Positions 19,028 to 28,263 of a stretch of 64,000 nt of DNA are shown piece by piece. Within the stretch, counting starts at the first letter, position 1. Each line of letters begins with the position of its first letter. The translations under genes and the position numbers were made by a program. The notes beneath the pieces are model-generated. The model ran no database searches. It saw only the letters and a program-made list of their open reading frames with translations, and was not told the origin of the DNA. This DNA comes from an uncultured Acidimicrobiales bacterium (GTDB taxonomy: Bacteria > Actinomycetota > Acidimicrobiia > Acidimicrobiales > CAWCAL01): NCBI GenBank assembly GCA_963697385.1, contig CAVONU010000006.1:13424-77423 (forward strand). Reading direction: 5' to 3'.

Positions 19028-21052
19028 CTACACGACCCAGCGGAGCGGGACCCGAGGGTCCGGTGTGTACTGACAGTAGGTACCGGTCTTGATCGCCTGG
19101 CGAAGGTGCAGCCCCAGGAAGGGGTGCTGGTCGGCGATGCGCTCCATGGCGTAGCGAATCGATCGGGTCACGCTCGTCCGCGCTCGCTCGGCCGTCGCCC
19201 CCGCATGCCGGGTTCGCCCGCCCAGCCCCACGGCTCGGGACAGCTCATGGATCAGGTAGTCCCGGTCGTTCTGGGCGAGCTCGATGCGGCCGAGATCGTT
19301 GGCCCGGGTGGCGTCCTCGATGTCGTCGTCGATGTCGATCAGACGCCGGCGGTAGGCCTCGCGGGCCTGATCGTCGAGATGGAGGCCTGCGTGACCGCCA
19401 TCGCCGACCACGAGGCCACCGCTGACGAGATCGCCGGCAGGGACGGTCGGCACGGTCGGAAGTGACCCCCGCTCGACGGCAACCAGGTCGAGCACGTGGA
19501 ACTCCCGGTTCGGCTCGGCGAGCAGCCGTTGGAGATAGCGGAGGCCCTTGAGGTCGTGGACGAGCACGGTGTCGCCGTCGAACCGGATCGTTCGGGTGTC
19601 ACCGTCGCAGCGGAAGAGGTTCGTCTCGACCTCGGTCGACGGCGCAGGCGACGACTGTCCCGGCGCGGATGGAACGGCTTCGAGGTCGGCGGACCGCGCC
19701 GCCCGCTCGGCCCAGAGCACGGCGCCGAACTCCTCGAAGGAACGCTGCGCGGCCCGCCGATCCATCATCGCGCGCTCCTCGTTCCCGGTGCGGTGAAGCG
19801 CATCGGCGAGCACCATGCGGGCGACCGCCGCCTCGAAGGGAGCTCCGACGTCGATCCACTTGGAGACCGCGCGCTCACATCGTGCCACCGCGCCGGCCGG
19901 ATTCCCTTCGGCCAACGCAACCCGACCCTGGGCCAGTTCGGCGCTCGCCCCCATGGCCTGGCTGGCGAAGGTGTCAGCGATCTCGCACAGTTCATCGGCG
20001 GCGGCGCGGGCCGTGGCGACATCACCGACAGCGACGGCGATCTCGACCTGCGCATCGAGGAGCGGGGCACGACGGAGCCCCCCGTAGGGAGGGCGTTCCT
20101 TCGACGGGATGTCGAACGGATGCTCGATGGCATCGTCGATCATTGCTGCAGCACCCAGAGCGTCACCCTGGGCGAGCCGCAGCAACGCCAGGCCCGGCTG
20201 GGGCATCCAGGAGTTCGCATACGCAGCGAGGAAGGCCTCCTCCGCCCCGGGGAGGTCGCCCTTGCGGAGCCGGATGTTGCCCAGTTCGGTGAGCGGCCAC
20301 CCGAACTCGCGTCGCATCCACGGCCGCAGTTCTTCGCAGGCTTCGAGCGCTTCCTGCTCGGCCTGGTCGCAAGGTCCGGTCAGTCGGAGCATCTCCGCGC
20401 TGTGGACTCGGCATCTGCCGCTGAATCCGCCGAACGCCGCCCGGTGCCGCCAGTGCTCCATGGCATGGGTCCACTGAGCCGCCCGCTCGTACAACGCCAA
20501 TCCCTGAACGGCGCAGATCACCTCGCAGTAGACCATGCCGGAGGTCATCGGGTCGACGTCGCCCGACGTCAGCGTCAGGGCGATGTCGTCGAGCATCTCG
20601 ACGCCCTCGTCGGTCTGCCCCTCGAAAATTCGGAGCCTCGCAATCGCGGTTCGACCGACCAACACCGCCGGGACCACGCCCAGTCGCTCGCCGAGATCGA
20701 CCGCTTGGACGGCGTTCATTCCGGCCGCCGCCATGTCGCCGCACCACAGACGCTCATACGTCCGCACCATGGCGACGACGGCGTGGACGGGGGTCTCCCC
20801 GCAGTCGGCGATCAGTCGGTCGGCGCGTCGGAGCCACCCGCGAATCGGTGCCATCAGACCCGTGTCGATCATCAGGTACATGGCGACCATCGCTGCGGCG
20901 CGCGCCGCCTGAAGGTCCTCACCCCGGTCGATGTGCAGTGCGTAGAGCTGTTCCCAGGCCGAAACCGACCCCTCGGGATCACCGGCGGCGTATGCCGACT
21001 CGGCCCGCCGTTCCAGCTCCACGGCCTGATCCGACTCGAGGGATTCGGTCAT
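19028..21052 (-). CDS. MalT-like TPR regulator with C-terminal winged-helix/coiled-coil region
   Basis: TPR-like helices (GWLRRADRL, CRVHSAE, ELGNIRLRKGD). C-terminus KGLRYLQRLLAEP...AYRRRL...AERARTSVTRSIR...IKTGTYCQY, typical of actinobacterial regulators. Confidence 0.75.
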   Translation of the reverse strand: MTESLESDQAVELERRAESAYAAGDPEGSVSAWEQLYALHIDRGEDLQAARAAAMVAMYLMIDTGLMAPIRGWLRRADRLIADCGETPVHAVVAMVRTYERLWCGDMAAAGMNAVQAVDLGERLGVVPAVLVGRTAIARLRIFEGQTDEGVEMLDDIALTLTSGDVDPMTSGMVYCEVICAVQGLALYERAAQWTHAMEHWRHRAAFGGFSGRCRVHSAEMLRLTGPCDQAEQEALEACEELRPWMRREFGWPLTELGNIRLRKGDLPGAEEAFLAAYANSWMPQPGLALLRLAQGDALGAAAMIDDAIEHPFDIPSKERPPYGGLRRAPLLDAQVEIAVAVGDVATARAAADELCEIADTFASQAMGASAELAQGRVALAEGNPAGAVARCERAVSKWIDVGAPFEAAVARMVLADALHRTGNEERAMMDRRAAQRSFEEFGAVLWAERAARSADLEAVPSAPGQSSPAPSTEVETNLFRCDGDTRTIRFDGDTVLVHDLKGLRYLQRLLAEPNREFHVLDLVAVERGSLPTVPTVPAGDLVSGGLVVGDGGHAGLHLDDQAREAYRRRLIDIDDDIEDATRANDLGRIELAQNDRDYLIHELSRAVGLGGRTRHAGATAERARTSVTRSIRYAMERIADQHPFLGLHLRQAIKTGTYCQYTPDPRVPLRWVV

Positions 21053-21106
21053 CCGGCCGAGCACCGATACTGCCGAGGACGACAGCGGTGGCTCGGCGCA
21101 ACGTGA

Positions 21107-21137
21107 CTCATTGTCTCATTGTGACATCGATTGTCAC
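21107..21137. promoter_or_regulatory. operator-like direct and inverted repeats in a divergent promoter
   Basis: CTCATTGT x2 directly followed by GTGACA-N5-TGTCAC (21121-21137); locally AT-rich. Confidence 0.5.
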
Positions 21138-21205
21138 GCCCAACCCCTGGGCGACATCGAACGCCGGTGTTCTCCCCGTCAGTCCCACCGACGAAAGGTC
21201 CACCC

Positions 21206-21778
21206 ATGGAACCATCAGATCAGCTCGCCGTCATCATCCCGACACTCATCGAGATCGTCGACCGCCTCGATGCCGACCAGCTCGACAACGCAACTCCGTG
21301 CGTCGACTTCACCGTGCATGGTGTGCTCGAGCACATGATGGGCGGCGCGTCGGCCTTCGCACCCGCATTCCTCGGCGAACCACCGGCCGAAGCCGTCGCG
21401 ACCGATGCGACGCTGCCGGCTCCAACGGATCAGGTTCCTGCCGGCGAGTTCCGCATGGCGATGACGAGCCTCCTCGACTCCGTGAACGCTCCCGGCGCCA
21501 TGGAACGCATGATCGATGCACCGTTCGGGCGGGTGCCCGGTTCGGTGTTCGCTCGGTTCGTCGCGTTCGACGGCCTGATCCACGGCTGGGACATCTCGAC
21601 CGCAGTGGGTCGACCCTACGACCCGCCCGCCGATGTGGTGGCCGATGTCACCGGCTTCGCCCACGAGGCCCTGGGGCCCGACCTGCGCGACGGCGACACG
21701 TTCGCGGTCGCGACCGCTGCTCCTGCCGGAGCTGGACCGCTGGAGCAGCTCGTCGCCTTCAGCGGTCGCGCCGTCTGA
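21206..21778 (+). CDS. TIGR03086-family metal-binding protein (maleylpyruvate isomerase N-domain)
   Basis: TPCVDFTVHGVLEH, DGLIHGWDISTAVG; GAAAGG RBS. Confidence 0.88.
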   Translation: MEPSDQLAVIIPTLIEIVDRLDADQLDNATPCVDFTVHGVLEHMMGGASAFAPAFLGEPPAEAVATDATLPAPTDQVPAGEFRMAMTSLLDSVNAPGAMERMIDAPFGRVPGSVFARFVAFDGLIHGWDISTAVGRPYDPPADVVADVTGFAHEALGPDLRDGDTFAVATAAPAGAGPLEQLVAFSGRAV

Positions 21779-21848
21779 CCCGCTCGATCCCCGGACCACC
21801 GACCCGCCAAACAGCCAAACAGCCAACAACACGAAGGACACGAAGCAC

Positions 21849-22235
21849 ATGCACACTCCCAAGGAATCGATTCCCGTCAAGTTCGCCGTTCCCGGCGCGA
21901 CCGCCCGCCAACTCGTCGACTTCGGCGACGCCACCGGATTCGGCAAGATCGGCGGCGAGTACTTCTCGCTCGGCGCCGGTACGGACATCGCCCCGTTGCT
22001 CCAAGGCCTCGCCGGCGACACCTGTGATGCTCCTCACTGGGGCTATGTCATCTCCGGCGAGCTCGTCGTGGACTACACCGACGGGTCGGAGGAGACCTGC
22101 TCTGGCAGTGACATCTTCTACTGGCCGCCCGGGCACAGCGTCCGCGTCGCCGAGGACGCCGAGGTGATCCTGTTCAGCCCGCAGGTCGAGCACAGCCACG
22201 TGCTCGACCACATGGCCGCCAAGATGGGCGCCTGA
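21849..22235 (+). CDS. cupin domain protein
   Basis: CDAPHWGYVISG and FYWPPGH cupin motifs; GAAGGA RBS. Confidence 0.85.
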   Translation: MHTPKESIPVKFAVPGATARQLVDFGDATGFGKIGGEYFSLGAGTDIAPLLQGLAGDTCDAPHWGYVISGELVVDYTDGSEETCSGSDIFYWPPGHSVRVAEDAEVILFSPQVEHSHVLDHMAAKMGA

Positions 22236-22265
22236 CCGTCGCCGCCCGACCCGGCTGGCGAAGCG

Positions 22266-23087
22266 TCACGCGGGTCGGGCGGTGATCCAGCCCAGTTCGG
22301 AGGACACGCGCACCCCGATCGCGGGATCGTGCAGCGGAGCGATCACCCGGTGCAGCTCTGCGCAGAAGGTCTCGTAGCCGACCGCCTCGATGGCGGGGAC
22401 CGCTGGCCCTGCCGAGGCGAGCGCTCGCACCGCTGTCGTCACGTCGGGCCACTCGGCCACCACCTCGACCGTCCCGTGCGCCGTGACCTGGAACTGCGTC
22501 GACCGAAGCATGTTCTCCGCGACGAGTTGCGTCTCGCCGATGTCCATCGTCGCCGCCTGGTGGCTGGGGGGCGAGAGCTCGACGATCTTGGCGAAGTACG
22601 GCAGCAGACCCATCCGTTCGTGTGCGCCCCAGAACGTCATGCCGAATCGACCACCCTCGTGCACGACCCGCTTGACCTCCTCGAGCGCCGCCTCGCATCC
22701 CTTCCAGATCCCGTTGAAGCTCGTCACGATGTCGAACGAGTCGTCCTCGAACGGCAGTGCATTCATGTCGCCGACACGGAAGTCGCCCTCAGGAGTCCGG
22801 GCCTTCGCGATGCCCACCAGGGCGGCGGAGGCATCCAGCCCGGCGACCGAGGCGCCCCGTCGGGACGCGACGTTCGCGGCCAGGCCCGACCCGCACGCGA
22901 CGTCACAGAGCCGCTCGCCGGCACCGACGTCCAACCGATCGAAGACCACATCGTTGGCCGGTCGGGCGTAGGGCTCGAACAGGTAGGCCCATTCGAGTGC
23001 ACGCGCCCCCCACCCGCGTCCGGCTCGCCTCCACCTGTCCTCGTCGGATCCCCTGTCCGTGACCTGGTCCGTCGTTGGCACCGGCAT
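22266..23087 (-). CDS. class I SAM-dependent methyltransferase
   Basis: DVACGSG, GLDAS, GDMNALPFEDDSFD; AAGGAG RBS. Confidence 0.88.
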   Translation of the reverse strand: MPVPTTDQVTDRGSDEDRWRRAGRGWGARALEWAYLFEPYARPANDVVFDRLDVGAGERLCDVACGSGLAANVASRRGASVAGLDASAALVGIAKARTPEGDFRVGDMNALPFEDDSFDIVTSFNGIWKGCEAALEEVKRVVHEGGRFGMTFWGAHERMGLLPYFAKIVELSPPSHQAATMDIGETQLVAENMLRSTQFQVTAHGTVEVVAEWPDVTTAVRALASAGPAVPAIEAVGYETFCAELHRVIAPLHDPAIGVRVSSELGWITARPA

Positions 23088-23103
23088 GGCGTTCTCCTTA
23101 GTC

Positions 23104-23147
23104 AGCACGATCGGTCGTTCTTCTTAGAAGATACGACCGATCGTGCT
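23104..23147. promoter_or_regulatory. perfect 15-bp inverted repeat, probable TetR operator(s)
   Basis: AGCACGATCGGTCGT-N14-ACGACCGATCGTGCT between the divergent methyltransferase and tetR. Confidence 0.75.
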
Positions 23148-23160
23148 AACTTGTCAACCG

Positions 23161-23790
23161 ATGGCTGAGACGATGGCACGTCGCACCCGGCAGACCCGAG
23201 CCGACGGCGAACGGACGAGACGCCGCATCCTCGACGCTTCCGTCCGACTCTCGACGGTCGAGGGCCTCGACGGTCTGAGCATCGGCAAGCTGGCCGACGC
23301 CACCGGGATCAGCAAGAGCGGGCTCTATGCCCACTTCGGCTCGAAAGAAGAGCTGCAGCTGGCCACCGTGGACGCCGCACGCCAACTGTTCATCGACGTC
23401 GTGGTTGCGCCGGCGCTCGCCGCCGAGGGTCTCGACCGTCTGAGCGCCCTGTGCGAGTCGTTCCTGTCGTACGTCGAGCAGCGCACGCTCCCGGGCGGGT
23501 GTTTCTTCGCCGCCGCCGCCGCCGAGCTCGGCGGCCGGTCCGGCCCCGTCCGCGAACGCGTCGCCGACAACCAGAAGCAGTGGATGGGACTGCTCACCGC
23601 CGCAGCCGAGGACGCCGTAGCCCACAACCAGCTGCGCCACGACGTCGACGTTGCGCTCCTCGTCTTCGAACTCAACGCACTGGTCATCGCAGCGAACGCT
23701 TCATTCATCCTCCACGGCGACCGGGCGGTCATCGACCGAGCCCGAACGGCGGTGGCGCGGGTACTCATCGCAGCAGCGCCCGCAACGTGA
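23161..23790 (+). CDS. TetR/AcrR-family regulator
   Basis: HTH LSIGKLADATGISKSGLYAHFGSKEEL; C-terminal GGCFF motif. Confidence 0.93.
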   Translation: MAETMARRTRQTRADGERTRRRILDASVRLSTVEGLDGLSIGKLADATGISKSGLYAHFGSKEELQLATVDAARQLFIDVVVAPALAAEGLDRLSALCESFLSYVEQRTLPGGCFFAAAAAELGGRSGPVRERVADNQKQWMGLLTAAAEDAVAHNQLRHDVDVALLVFELNALVIAANASFILHGDRAVIDRARTAVARVLIAAAPAT

Positions 23791-23840
23791 TCACCGCCGG
23801 AACAGGGGATTGACGCTCCTCCGAGCAGCCCTGCTGCGGC

Positions 23841-25043
23841 CTACGCCACTGCGGTGAGGTGCTTCCCGGTGTGGCCGCGAGCCGGAAGCGGGGTCGTTTC
23901 GGCATGGGGGTGATGTGCCCCCGGAAGGAATCGCAACCCTCCCAGCCCGCCGATCTCGAGCAGGTTCTTCACGTCGATCGCGGTGTGCACCACCGGCGCC
24001 AGGCGTCCCAGTAGCGGGCCCACCAGTTCGACGGCACCGAGATCGGCGACGCCACGCCCACCACCCAGGTCGAGCACCCAACCGCGTTGCTTGAGCGCCA
24101 CGGGCCGAGCCGGACGTCCCCGGAACAGCCGCGATGCGTTCTGTCCGGCACCGGTGCCGGCCTGCACGGCAATCTGAGCCGACATCGGCAACACATCACC
24201 GTTGCCGTCGAGATGGGCAGCAACATCGCCAGCCGCAAACGTGCGCTTCCAGCCCCGCACCCGCAGGTCGGACCCCACATCGATCCGCCCGTCGCTCAGG
24301 GGCAGGTGGTCCCCGAAGACCGTTCCGATCGATCGGAATCCCCCTGCCCACACGACCAGGCCGTCCAGGCGTCGGCCCGACTCGAGCACCAGTCCGGAGG
24401 AATCGATCCGCTCGACGCGCTGGCCGAGATGCATCAGCACGCCACGACCGGTCAGCGTTCCCCAGGCGTCGAGGCCAAGACGCTTCCCGTACGACGCCAG
24501 GAGCACGGATGCCTCCTCGACCAGCCTGACCCTCGTGCCCGGATTCGCGAGCGAGATCTCACCGGCGAGCTGGACCCCGGTCGCACCCCCGCCGACGATC
24601 ACGACCTCCTGCGCCGCTGCCACCTTGCGCCTCAAGGCCAGCGCATCGCCGGTGGTGCGGAGCGAGGCGGCGTGCTCGATGCCGGGAACGGAAGGTTTCG
24701 CTGCCACCGAGCCGGCGGCGATGATGACCGACGACGCCTCGATCACGGTGTCGTCGTCGAGCGTCACCCGGCCGTCGTCGATGCGCTGTACCCGTTGCTG
24801 CGCCACGCTGAAGCCCAGGTCCCGAAACGGAGCGAACGCATCACCTTCGGGAGCGCTGCCGGCCGCCACGGAGGCGAGGCGGGTGATGAACCCGTGGGTT
24901 GAGTCGGGGTCGAGGACCGACACCGGGACGGCGGCCCGCTGAAGGGCCGTGGCCGCATGCAGACCTGCATAGCCACCACCGACGATGAGCACACCATCGA
25001 ACGACAGGCTCTTCGCTGCACCATTCGTTCCTCGAAACTCCAT
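23841..25043 (-). CDS. NAD(P)/FAD-dependent oxidoreductase (NDH-2/AIF-like)
   Basis: Two Rossmann motifs GGGYAG and GGGATGVQLAGE; FAAGD; PMSAQIAVQAG. Confidence 0.88.
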   Translation of the reverse strand: MEFRGTNGAAKSLSFDGVLIVGGGYAGLHAATALQRAAVPVSVLDPDSTHGFITRLASVAAGSAPEGDAFAPFRDLGFSVAQQRVQRIDDGRVTLDDDTVIEASSVIIAAGSVAAKPSVPGIEHAASLRTTGDALALRRKVAAAQEVVIVGGGATGVQLAGEISLANPGTRVRLVEEASVLLASYGKRLGLDAWGTLTGRGVLMHLGQRVERIDSSGLVLESGRRLDGLVVWAGGFRSIGTVFGDHLPLSDGRIDVGSDLRVRGWKRTFAAGDVAAHLDGNGDVLPMSAQIAVQAGTGAGQNASRLFRGRPARPVALKQRGWVLDLGGGRGVADLGAVELVGPLLGRLAPVVHTAIDVKNLLEIGGLGGLRFLPGAHHPHAETTPLPARGHTGKHLTAVA

Positions 25044-25163
25044 GAGGTCTCCCCTCGCTTCGGCGTGGGCCGACCGATCGACCCGGGAGGAGTTCGGAGA
25101 CACGGGACGAGACGGATGGTGCACCCCCGACCGTCCGCCTTCGACGGCCTGGCCCGCCGAGGC

Positions 25164-25307
25164 TCAGGCTTCGGGTACGAGGTTCGCGAACGCGTCAGCC
25201 CGGTCGCGCTCGATCTGGTCGGCACCGCGACCTCGGTCCCCCTTTGCGACATCGTCCTCGACGAACTCGGCTCGAACCTCGCCCGTCTCGTCGAGCAACC
25301 ACTCGGG
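25164..25307 (-). pseudogene. 144-bp remnant (or 59-aa mini-ORF from GTG 25343) duplicating the C-terminus of the fatty acid hydroxylase at 13845-13988
   Basis: Ungapped manual alignment gives 129/144 nt identity including the stop codon; translates PEWLLDETGEVRAEF...DAFANLVPEA*. Confidence 0.8.
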
Positions 25308-25374
25308 TCCCCGACGCCTGCGCAGGTCCTGTAGCCGGGACACCTCCGACGTCGCTGTCTCGCGACGGGTCGGC

Positions 25375-26625
25375 TCAGCCGGGTCCGACGTGGGTGAGGG
25401 ATCCCCGCCGCAGGGCGTGGAGCAGCCCGGCCAGGATCCCGGCCGCGGCGACCACGGTGAACGTGCCCGCCACCGACTCCAGCCGATCGGGGGCGACCAG
25501 CATCGTCGCGGCGAGCGTGACCATCAGCGTGCCGCCGATCAGATGCAGGGCCCTGCCGTGTCGCTCCTGGAGCTTCGCCGCCCGCATCGTCAGCACCGCG
25601 GCGAGGAACAGCGCCAACTCGTCGAGCAGGAACACGCCGAGATAGACACCGAACAGGACGGCCGCGCCAACCCCCGACACGCCACGATCCGCCAGCAGAT
25701 CGGTCCAGAGCAAGGGCAGGCCGGCCGTGCAGGGCGTCTCGATGAGCGACACCCCCGCAGCGAGGACCACGGTGCCGCCGAGCACCGCCGGGAGGGAGCG
25801 GTCCGGGTCGCCGAGCGAGCGCATCCGTCCGTAGAGCGAAGGCTTGCGCGAATCGGGGATCGACAGAGGGCTCGTCTGATCGTTCCAGTAGCTCCTCAGC
25901 TGGAGGAAGCCGAACAGCCCGGCCACCGCAGCCACAACGGTTCGGATCCAGGTCAGCTCGGACGCGAACTGGAGCGCCGAGTACGCCCCCACCATGTAGG
26001 CGCCGTAGAGCGCAGACGTGACGGCGAGGAACGTCGCCCCGACCACCAGGACCCGCCGCCGCGACCCCGAGTGCAGCACCAGGGCGAGCAGGATCGACAG
26101 GGCCCAGAGGGAACAGGGATTCAAGCCGTCGGCGAAACCGATCAACACCGTCGCGGCGAGCATCGACCGGCCGCCGAGATCGACCGGGCCGACGATCGGC
26201 ACGTCCACCATCGTCGTGGTGGTCTCCTCGACGGGTGCACCGGCGTGCAGCGCCTCGACGGCCGCTTCGATCTCCTCGCCGATCACCACAGAGAACCCGA
26301 CCCAGTACCGATCGGCCAGGAAGATGGTCGGGACCCCCCGGGGCTCGATGCCCCGCTCCGCCGCGAACCGGGCGAAGACGACCTGGTTGGCCTCGTTCTC
26401 CCAGACCTCGTAGGCGTCGAGCCTCACCTCCTGCCAACGCTGCTCGAGTCCGTCGAAGAACTCGAACGCCCTGGAGCAGTGGGGACAGCCGGCCCCGTGG
26501 AACACGGTGATGACGATCTCCTCGTCAGCCGGGACGTCCTGTCCGGCCGCGGCGGGCGCCGGGAGAGAGAGCATCGCTGTCACGACGACACCGAGAGCCG
26601 CAAGGACCGACCACGAACGGGTCAC
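25375..26625 (-). CDS. thioredoxin/glutaredoxin domain fused to a DsbD/CcdA-like membrane domain
   Basis: Signal peptide, CPHC active site, then about 6 TM segments with the conserved Cys pair DGLNPCS and IETPCTAG. Start approximate. Confidence 0.82.
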   Translation of the reverse strand: MTRSWSVLAALGVVVTAMLSLPAPAAAGQDVPADEEIVITVFHGAGCPHCSRAFEFFDGLEQRWQEVRLDAYEVWENEANQVVFARFAAERGIEPRGVPTIFLADRYWVGFSVVIGEEIEAAVEALHAGAPVEETTTTMVDVPIVGPVDLGGRSMLAATVLIGFADGLNPCSLWALSILLALVLHSGSRRRVLVVGATFLAVTSALYGAYMVGAYSALQFASELTWIRTVVAAVAGLFGFLQLRSYWNDQTSPLSIPDSRKPSLYGRMRSLGDPDRSLPAVLGGTVVLAAGVSLIETPCTAGLPLLWTDLLADRGVSGVGAAVLFGVYLGVFLLDELALFLAAVLTMRAAKLQERHGRALHLIGGTLMVTLAATMLVAPDRLESVAGTFTVVAAAGILAGLLHALRRGSLTHVGPG

Positions 26626-26791
26626 CTCTCGAACGTACGCAGCCCCGCGGCTGCGGCCCAGGGCCCTTCGTCCCGGAATCGCAGCGATCCCCTCGGCCCC
26701 GGCCAGAATGCGTGAGGCCCGCCCCACGGGCGGAGGGAGCCACGCGCGACCTGGATAGCGTGACGGCTCTCGATCACGACCTGGAGACACC

Positions 26792-28243
26792 ATGGGCACA
26801 CGCGCAGACGTCGGTTTGATCGGGTTGGCCGTCATGGGCCAGAACCTGGTGCTCAATCTCGCCGATCACGGCTACTCGGTGGCGGTCTACAACCGGACCA
26901 CCTCGACCACCGAGGAGTTCCTGGAACGGACGTCCACCGATCAGGACGTACGAGGCACCGAGACGCTCGACGAGCTCGTCGGTGCCCTCGAACGACCCCG
27001 AAAGATCATCCTGCTGGTCAAGGCGGGCCCGGTCGTCGACGCCGTGATCGACGACCTCGTCCCGCTCTTGGACGAGGGCGACATCCTCATCGACGGCGGC
27101 AACTCGCTCCACACCGACACGGCCCGACGCCTCGAGAAGCTCGAAGGCCATGGGATCCGCTACGTCGGTTCCGGCGTGTCCGGTGGCGAGGAGGGCGCCC
27201 GCCACGGCCCCTCGATCATGCCCGGTGGCTCGACGGACACCTGGCCGCACATCCAGGAGATGCTCCAGGCGATCGCTGCCAAGGCCGGGCCGGGCGACGA
27301 CGAACCCTGTTGCGACTGGATCGGGCCCGGCGGATCAGGTCACTACGTCAAGATGATCCACAACGGGATCGAGTACGGCGACATGCAGGTACTGGCCGAG
27401 GCCTACCTGACGATGCGGGCCATGGGCATGGCTCCCGCCGAGATGGCCGACGTCTTCGCCGGCTGGAACCGGGGTCGGCTCCAGTCCTACCTGGTCGAGA
27501 TCACCGCCGAGATCCTGGCCGCCACCGACGACGACGGCACGCCGATGATCGACGTCATCCTCGACGCCGCCGGCCAGAAGGGCACCGGCAAGTGGACGGT
27601 CATCTCCGCCATGGAGCTGGGCCAGCCGATGATGCTGGTGGCCGAAGCGGTGGGGGCACGAATGGTCTCGTCCTTCGTGGATACGCGGGCTCGAGCCGAC
27701 GACATCCTCTCCGGACCGACCGCGGAGCTCGACCCCGACCTGACGGCCGACGACATCGCCGACGCCCTCTACGCCGCCAAGCTGATCTCGTACGCGCAGG
27801 GCTTCATGGTGCTCGCCGACGCCTCGACGACCCACGAGTGGGGCCTCGATCTCGCGTCCATCGCTCGCATGTGGCGCGCCGGCTGCATCATCCGGGCCGC
27901 CTTCCTCGACGACATCGCCCAGGCGTACTCCCGGGACGAGGATCTGGAGAACCTTCTGTTCGACGGCTTCTTCGCGGAAGCGATCAACGAGGCGATCGGC
28001 GGTCTGCGCAAGACCGTCGTCGCCACCGCCGCAGCCGGCGTGCCCATCCCGGCCTGCGCATCGGCCCTCACGTTCTACGACGGGTTCCGCACGAAGCGAG
28101 GCTCGGCCTCGCTCATCCAGGCTCAGCGTGACTACTTCGGCGCCCACACCTACGAACGTGTCGACGAACCACGCGGCGAGTGGTTCCACACCGACTGGGC
28201 CGGCACCGGCGGGGCCGCCACCTCCGGCAGCTACTCGGCCTGA
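26792..28243 (+). CDS. gndA: NADP-dependent 6-phosphogluconate dehydrogenase
   Basis: GLAVMGQN, IDGGNS, VSGGEEGA, KMIHNGIEYGDMQ, QKGTGKW, QAQRDYFGAHTY. Confidence 0.97.
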   Translation: MGTRADVGLIGLAVMGQNLVLNLADHGYSVAVYNRTTSTTEEFLERTSTDQDVRGTETLDELVGALERPRKIILLVKAGPVVDAVIDDLVPLLDEGDILIDGGNSLHTDTARRLEKLEGHGIRYVGSGVSGGEEGARHGPSIMPGGSTDTWPHIQEMLQAIAAKAGPGDDEPCCDWIGPGGSGHYVKMIHNGIEYGDMQVLAEAYLTMRAMGMAPAEMADVFAGWNRGRLQSYLVEITAEILAATDDDGTPMIDVILDAAGQKGTGKWTVISAMELGQPMMLVAEAVGARMVSSFVDTRARADDILSGPTAELDPDLTADDIADALYAAKLISYAQGFMVLADASTTHEWGLDLASIARMWRAGCIIRAAFLDDIAQAYSRDEDLENLLFDGFFAEAINEAIGGLRKTVVATAAAGVPIPACASALTFYDGFRTKRGSASLIQAQRDYFGAHTYERVDEPRGEWFHTDWAGTGGAATSGSYSA

Positions 28244-28263
28244 TCGATACGCTCGACGAACCG

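Noticed and set aside
21120-21137. CRP/GlxR site
   Set aside because: TGTGA-N6 is followed by TTGTC, not TCACA; the palindrome has different spacing.
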